Shown here in pieces: positions 56,187 to 64,000 of a stretch of 64,000 nt of DNA; position 1 is the stretch's first letter; each line of letters starts with the position of its first letter. The notes under the pieces are model-generated. The model was not told the DNA's origin. It did no database searches and worked only from the letters and a program-made list of their open reading frames with translations. Made by a program: the position numbers and the translations under genes. The stretch lies in assembly GCF_009914755.1 (NCBI RefSeq), contig NC_060937.1, one strand, 5' to 3'. This DNA comes from the human T2T-CHM13v2.0 reference genome, Homo sapiens.

Positions 56187-56647
56187 CTTAACTATACTTT
56201 AAAGCAGGTTTTGAAACTACTTACACAGGTTTAGCCATGTGACACTATTTACAGCAGTCAGTCAGAACTGAAGGAAGTTCACTCTCTGCCTCCACATGGA
56301 CAACATCATCTCTTGGCAGTGACCCAATACACAGGCTAAGGACTTGCCTCTTTTTGTCTTTGGACAAAAAGAGTTGTCCAAACCCTCTTTTTTGGACAAC
56401 TCAGCTAGGGCTATCATTTCTTTGTGCCATTTATGGGTTTATCTGAAATACACAGCTGCTGAAATTGTCTGAATTAAATTTCACTCTGTGATCAAACTTT
56501 TCTTTCATTTTCAAGGTTATTGGAGCAAGTTTATTCATTACACAAGGACATTAGTCATTTTTAACTTGGTATTATGAAGCTGTCTAATCTAACATTTATG
56601 TATACAACTGGCAAGCCTAATAGTCCCAAGACAGACCCATGATTTTT

Positions 56648-57187
56648 TTTAAATATATATATATATATTTATTATATTTTAAGTTCTAGGGTACATGTGC
56701 ACAACGTGCAGGTTTGTTACATATGTATACATGTGCCATGCTGGTGTGCTGCACCCATTAACTCGTCATTTACATTAGGTTTATCTCCTAATGCTATCCC
56801 TCCCGCCTTCCCCCACCCCACAACAGGCCCCGGTGTGTGATGCTCCCCTTCCTTGTCCAAGTGTTCTCATTGTTCAATTCCCACCTATGAGTGAGAACAT
56901 GCGGTGTTTGGTTTTTTGTCCTTGCGATAGTTTGCTGAGAATGATGGTTTCCAGCTTCATCCATGTCCCTAAAAAGGACATGAACTCATCATTTTTTATA
57001 GCTGCATAGTATTCCATGGTGTATATGTGCCACACTTTCTTAATCCAGTCTATGATTGTTGGACATTTGGGTTGGTTCCAAGTCTTTGCTATTGTGAGTA
57101 GTGCCGCAATAAACATACATGTGCATGTGTCTTTATAGCAGCATGATTGATATTCCTTTGGTGTATACCCAGTAATGGGATGGCTGG
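56648..57187 (-). mobile_element. 5'-truncated L1PA (L1PA4/5-like) 3' end, about 540 bp
   Basis: ORF 56874-57116 is the L1 ORF2 C-terminus; TSD agacccatgattttt / agacccgtgattttt at 56633-56647 and 57188-57202. Confidence 0.93.
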
Positions 57188-57197
57188 AGACCCGTGA

Positions 57198-57935
<738 letters not shown>

Positions 57936-58419
57936 GATACTGTGTTTTAAAACCCTCACTTATGGTAGTAGAATTATTATCTTAACTTTAGAGATGAAAC
58001 AATAAGCAAAATGCTGAGACTTTAAGGTTAAGTAATTTGCTTACAATCACACAGCCAGGAAAGTTAAGTTTAAGTCTAGAGTACTTGCCCTAAAACTCCA
58101 AGCCATTCACTACAAAAATACTCACTGGCCACCTGGCAGGTGAATAACCATGCCAGCGGCAAAGGAGAAATACACACACTTCCTATCATTTAAGAGTTTT
58201 CATTCTACACTCCTCTTAGATCTTGGATAAGTCATTCATGCTGGCATTGTTTATGATAAAAGTAGATTTACAAAGATTTTCTCCACTAGATTCAAAAAGA
58301 TATCTTTTCCTGTGGCAATCTCTGAGATCCATTCACCTTCGATACTCAGAGTCTTTCTTCGCTACTGTCATCTCATTATGTTTAGAGATCCTCTAGAATA
58401 GGTGCTGTTTATCTGGGAG

Positions 58420-58930
58420 TTAATGAACTTGGATTTTGTCAAATGTATTTTCTGTGTCTACTGAGATGATTGTGTGATTTTCTGTTTATTCTATCAATAT
58501 AATGTATTCCATTAATTGATTTTCTAATATTAAACCAACCTGGAATCCCTGAGATAAATCCCATTTAGTCATGGTGTATGTTTATGTTTATTTATTTATT
58601 TTACTATTTTAAAAATATTTTTATGTTATATATATTTTACCACTATTTATTTACTTTACTATTAAAAATAGTGGTAAAATATATATAACATAAAATTTGC
58701 CATTTGAACCATTTTCAAGTGTAAAATTCTTTTTATATGTGTCTGGATTCGGTTTGCTATTACTTTATTGAGGATTTTACTATTCACTAAAATGTGGATA
58801 TTAGTCTGTAGTTTTCTTTTTCTTTCTTTTTTTTGATGTTGTTGTCTGCTTTTGGTGTTGGGGTAATATTGGTCTCATAAAATGGATTGAGAAGTGTTTC
58901 CTCTCTTCTATTTTTTGGAAGCGCTTGTCT
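58420..58930 (-). mobile_element. Ancient L1M ORF2 fragment containing a short L1 3'-end insert
   Basis: attttctgtgtctactgagatgat ... attaaaccaacc ... tggattcggtttgcta ... ttgaggatttt. Confidence 0.7.
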
Positions 58931-59369
58931 GATGTGTTGGGTAGAGCTTGATGATGATAGGCTTTGACTGTTAAAGTGAGGCTGCCTGGCTTTATAACAA
59001 GGCAGTGAGAACCCATTGGAGCTTGAACCAGAGAATGTGCATTTCAGTAATAATTTTGAAATAATAATTTAACAAATCACTACATGTAAATATATATGAC
59101 AAAGTAAATGGGAACCCTCCTCATGAGATAAAGGAGAACTGAAATCATATAGTTTAGGAAGCAAATGAAAAAAAAATCATACAGCTTAGGAGGCAAGTGG
59201 AAATATATCTGTAATAGACAAGAAAGGAATAACTTGTCATTGATGCCTTAAAAATATAAGTTTAACGTCAAGGTAGGCAAAAAAAATAAAGCATTTACTT
59301 GTAAAAATTTTAGTATAGAAATAATGTACAAAAGTAGAGAAAATAGTATAATAATCCCCCATATTCTGA

Positions 59370-59731
<362 letters not shown>

Positions 59732-60178
59732 ACCCCCTCTACTTTTAACCCATACTCCTACTCTTGATGAATTATTTTGAAGCAGATTCCAGATACTGAA
59801 ATTATTTTATTCATAAATATTCCAGTATATATCTCTAAAATTTAAGGACTTTTAAAAGCATAGCCCTGTAAATGTCATTGCATCCAAAAAAAATCAACAA
59901 TATTTCCATAACATCATCAAGTATCCAGGAAATGTTCCAAATATCCCTGATAGTCTCATACTTTTTTTAAAACTTGGTTTGTTCAAATAGGAATCCAAAC
60001 TAAGGCTCTTCCATTGCATTTGGTGAATATGCCTTTTAAATATCTTTTAATCTATAAATTACCCCTCCCTCTATTGTTTTTTTTGGGGGGGGCAATTTAT
60101 TTGTTGATGAGTAATACTTTCTGTTGGCCTATAAAATGTCCTATACTCTGCTTTTTGTTGATTTTATCCCTGTGGAGG

Positions 60179-60706
60179 TGTGGCTTAGCCAAGTTTCTCC
60201 AGAGAAACAGAATCAATAGAAGAAAGAGAGAGAAAGAAGGATTTATTACAAAGAATTGGGTCACATAATTATGGAGGCAAACAGGTCCCAAGATCTGCAG
60301 CCAACCACCTGGAGCCCCAAGAGAGTGTAATCTGAAAAACTGAGAAACAGCAGAGCTGATGGTGTGGTTCAGTCCACAGGCCAGCAGGCTCAAAACTCAG
60401 GAAGAGCTGATGTTTCAGTTCTGGTTCAAAGACAGGAAAAACGTTGATGCTCCCTCTGGAAGGCTGTCAGATGGGAAGAATTCTCTCTTAGTTAGGGTGG
60501 GTCAACCTTTTTGTTCTATTCAGGCCTTCAACTGTAGGATGAGGTCTACAATGATCCAAAAAGGGAGGAATCTGCTTTACTTAGTCTACCAATTTAAATA
60601 TTAATCTCATCTAAAAACGCCCTCACAGAAACATCCAGAATAATGTCTGACCAAATATCTGGGCACACCATGGCCCAGTCAAGTTGACACACAAAATTTA
60701 CTATCC
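60179..60706 (-). mobile_element. MLT2-like (ERVL) solo LTR within old L1M 3' sequence
   Basis: ttctccagagaaacagaatcaatag ... aaatattaatctcatctaaaaacgccctcacagaaacatccagaataatg ... ggcccagtcaagttgacac. Confidence 0.8.
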
Positions 60707-60994
60707 TAGAGTGTATTTCCTATAAGTTTGTAGTTAGTAGTTAGGTCCTGATTAGATTCTGGATTCTTCCTGTTTTTGTTTGTTTGTTTGTTTGTTTGTT
60801 TGTTTTGGTAATTGTCTTACCTCTGGCCAATAGGCTCTGGTTCCTAAGTCTTTTTGGCATGCTTTTACCGTCTTTGACAGTTTCTTTGCTGGCTGATATG
60901 ACAAGATGTTCCAAACTTATCCCTGATGTTGAATCGACCATTTCTCCAAAGAACCCTGTTCACTTTAACCAGAAATGGTATTTAGAGTGCATTA

Positions 60995-62967
60995 GGCCAG
61001 GCCAGATATGTGGCTCATGCCTTTAATCCCAACACTTTGGGAGGCTGAGGTGGGCAGATTGCTTGAGGTCACGAGTTTGAGGCCAGCCTGGCTAACATGG
61101 TGAAACCCCATCTCTACTAAAAATACAAAAATTAGCCAGGTATGGTGGCATACACTTGTAATCCCAGCTACTTGGGAGGTTGAGGTGGGAGGATCATTTG
61201 AACCCCAGAGGTGGAGGTTTCAGTGAGCCAAGATCACGCCACTGCACTCCACCCTGGGTGACAGAGTGAGACCCTGTCTCAAAAAAAAAAATGAAGAAAG
61301 AAAACGGCCTGGGTGCTAAGGACACACTTAGCTACTCTTAGTCAAGGTATCTAGGCCTTTTCAACAGACAGAGCTAAGAATAGTGTATTTTACCATAAAA
61401 CACATCATGTGTTCTTATTAATATTTCCAATTCAAACTTAGGATAGAAGGTTTTTATTTAACTTCTTTGATTTGATATTTATATTTTTCTTGCACTGAAA
61501 ACCTTAGCTCCTAATGAAATAATGTAATTTATTTTTCTACTAAATACATTATGATTTCATAATAATCATACCTTACTATCAGAAAATATCATATCAGAGA
61601 AAAAATTATTCTAAAAAGAGAATTATGGAAAACCACTTCAGATTTCTTTACAGTTTTTTGGTTTTGTTTTCTGTTTCTTTTTTTTTTTTTTCTTCCTCTG
61701 GCATTTACCCCACTAGGATTATGTGGTCTCATGACTGTAGTTTAAAAATAGAATCATTAAAAAAGTCTAGATTCAGCTGACATCCAGGTATTTTAGCCAA
61801 CTATGAAGGCAGAAATGATGTGCCATGGAGAGATTATGATCTGAGTGATGTAGCCAACTATTAACCTAAGTTTCTGCGAATTCAGGGGATGTGGACAGCT
61901 ATATTCCATATTTAACTTCACCTTCTATATTTAGTAGGAGCACATTGTTGCTACTGATCAGTTATTCAATGGGATGAGAGTTAAATTCACTCATGAAGCT
62001 TTTGTCTTTAGGAGGAAAATGTAAAGTTTTAGAGCCACAGAGGGTTACAGTGGTACTGAACCTTGAAGGCCACCTGGTTTAATCACCGTAGTCTACAGAG
62101 GAGGAAACTAAGATCCAGCAGTGTCTAGCAACTTACCTAAGATCTCACCACTAGTTAGTAGCAGGGATAGAACTGGAAAATAATCTGCTGTCTCCTTTCC
62201 ATTGATCTGTGCTGTTCCCTTGCTCTCCTTGTGTAAATGCTGAAGCGGATCATCATGAGCCCAGGATGAGCAAGGGAGGCCCGTTCTGAAAGTTCAATCT
62301 CAAGACTGAACACACTCAAAAAATGCTTATGAGACATTTGGTGGGCTATTTGGTAAATATTGAGTAATTGGCTCTAAGTATATAACAAGACAGGCTTTAT
62401 TGTCTTTTTAATTTTTTACTTGCCCAGGTGATAAATTGAATATGTATCTGGTATGATCTGAAAGCTGGAGACACTATGTCAAACATTTAAGACAATCTTC
62501 TCACCGTATTCTATTTTTAAAACAATACAACAGTACTTGAAAATAATTTCTAAAGTCTCGATTATAAATGTTGTCTGTGTTCATGTATCTCATTCAATAA
62601 ACCACCACTACATACAATGTACTGGGCTACATGGACTTTTTCAACAACTAGAACCCTGCAAATATGGAACTAGGCTGCCCCATAAGTTAGTGAAGTGGAG
62701 AACTGACAACTAGTGGATTAGTGAATTCTTACCAGAAATATGCACAGGGAATTCCTACAGAGGTCAAAGGATGGGACTTGATGACATCTGGTGTCCTTGT
62801 CCTTTCTAATCCTAAGATTAGATTGTTTTTGTTTTGTTGTTTTGTTTTAGAGAGTCTTGCTATGTTAACTAGGCTGGACTTGAACCTTGAACTCCTGGGC
62901 TCAAAGGACCTCCCACCTCAGCCTTCCAAGCAGCTGGAACCATAGGTGCGCACCATCATGGCTGGCT
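60995..62967. mobile_element. Alu + 60995-61290 and degenerate Alu monomer - 62825-62967
   Basis: Alu consensus blocks. Confidence 0.8.
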
Positions 62968-63905
62968 GGATGAGAGACCTGTATTCTATAATTTGTGTGA
63001 TGCCCCTATTAAAGTAGCTTGTTTGGGGAGCGAGTAGTAACCATTTACACAAAGAGATACAACATGTTCTTCTCTCCCCTTTTTCTTCTAAGTCAAAGTT
63101 CAGTCTCTATTTACAGCCAACCCCCGAAGGCTCAACATATCAGAGAATAAGGCATAGTGAGCCCTTAGGGAAAGTCTCCATGGAACTCTCATCTTAGGGA
63201 CCCCTCTTCACGAATGAAAAGACATGCTTTGCGGGAATCACAGCAACTTCCTGCTGGCCGTGCACGTCCTGCCTATTTCTGTTCTCTTCTCTCCAGCTGT
63301 CTTCCATTTCAATCACACACTTGTCTCTGTTACTGATACCCCCTCCCACTCCGGGTTTATTAGTAGCTACGTTCTCAGCCCAACGGTGAAAGAGAAGCAA
63401 GTGGACAATTTTGGGACCTGGAAAGTTATTCATCCACAGCCGACGTGCTGGTTCACGTTAACGCCAGCCAACAAATGCATGAGCCCCTACTGCGGGCCCG
63501 GCTCTGAGATAGGTGCTGGGGAAAGTGAAGGAGACACAGTTCCTGCTCTTCCAGGCTAGAGGGGGAAAGGAGACGAGAAAGGAGAGGTTACAGGAAAGCC
63601 CGAGAGCATGAGCACGGAAAAGGGTAAAGTCCTAGCCTCACAGAGGATTAGAAGCCACTCTGAGCCAAATGATTTCACTGTGACCTGAAGGAAAAGGGGA
63701 GGAGAATTTCCAGGCAGGGGAAAGACAGATCCAAAGGTCCAGAACAACGGGAGTTCAGGGAATTCAAGGAACTGAAAGAGTAAGGCATGTTGGAGTGACT
63801 GTCTCGAGATGACTCAAGCGAGGAAGGCAGGAGTTAGACCACCAGTGGAGGGGCTTGTCACAGAACTCCAAGAAGTGCTCACCAGAACTTCAGCTCTGAC
63901 TTATG

Positions 63906-63963
63906 GATATATATGTGTGTGTGTGTGTATATATATAACATACACACACATGTATATATACAC

Positions 63964-63996
<33 letters not shown>

Positions 63997-64000
63997 TATA
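63906..64000. repeat. TA/TG/CA compound microsatellite
   Basis: Direct reading. Confidence 0.95.

Overview
Primate (human-like) genomic DNA around the upstream alternative first exon of claudin-10 (CLDN10 isoform a). The only credible protein-coding sequence is exon 1a (ATG 26387 to donor 26600, + strand), which has a second in-frame donor at 26543. Positions 1-26,000 are upstream sequence and 26,601-64,000 is intron 1. The rest is dense interspersed repeat: roughly 55 Alu copies or fragments by eye, L1PA 3' ends, fragmented ancient L1M, a full-length THE1 element nested in an Alu, several solo LTRs, MER20, MER5A, MIR/L2 and microsatellites. Nearly all listed ORFs are Alu, L1 or LTR translations or chance ORFs. 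I found no new gene system. The most unusual element is a gapless 106-bp non-Alu inverted repeat (92/106 identity) enclosing a palindromic microsatellite 190 bp downstream of exon 1a. Also notable are a perfect ERE next to a YY1 core, a perfect NRF2/ARE motif, upstream and overlapping ORFs at the CLDN10a start, and several fold-back scars. Repeat subfamily names come from my recall of consensus sequences, and repeat boundaries without TSDs are approximate.
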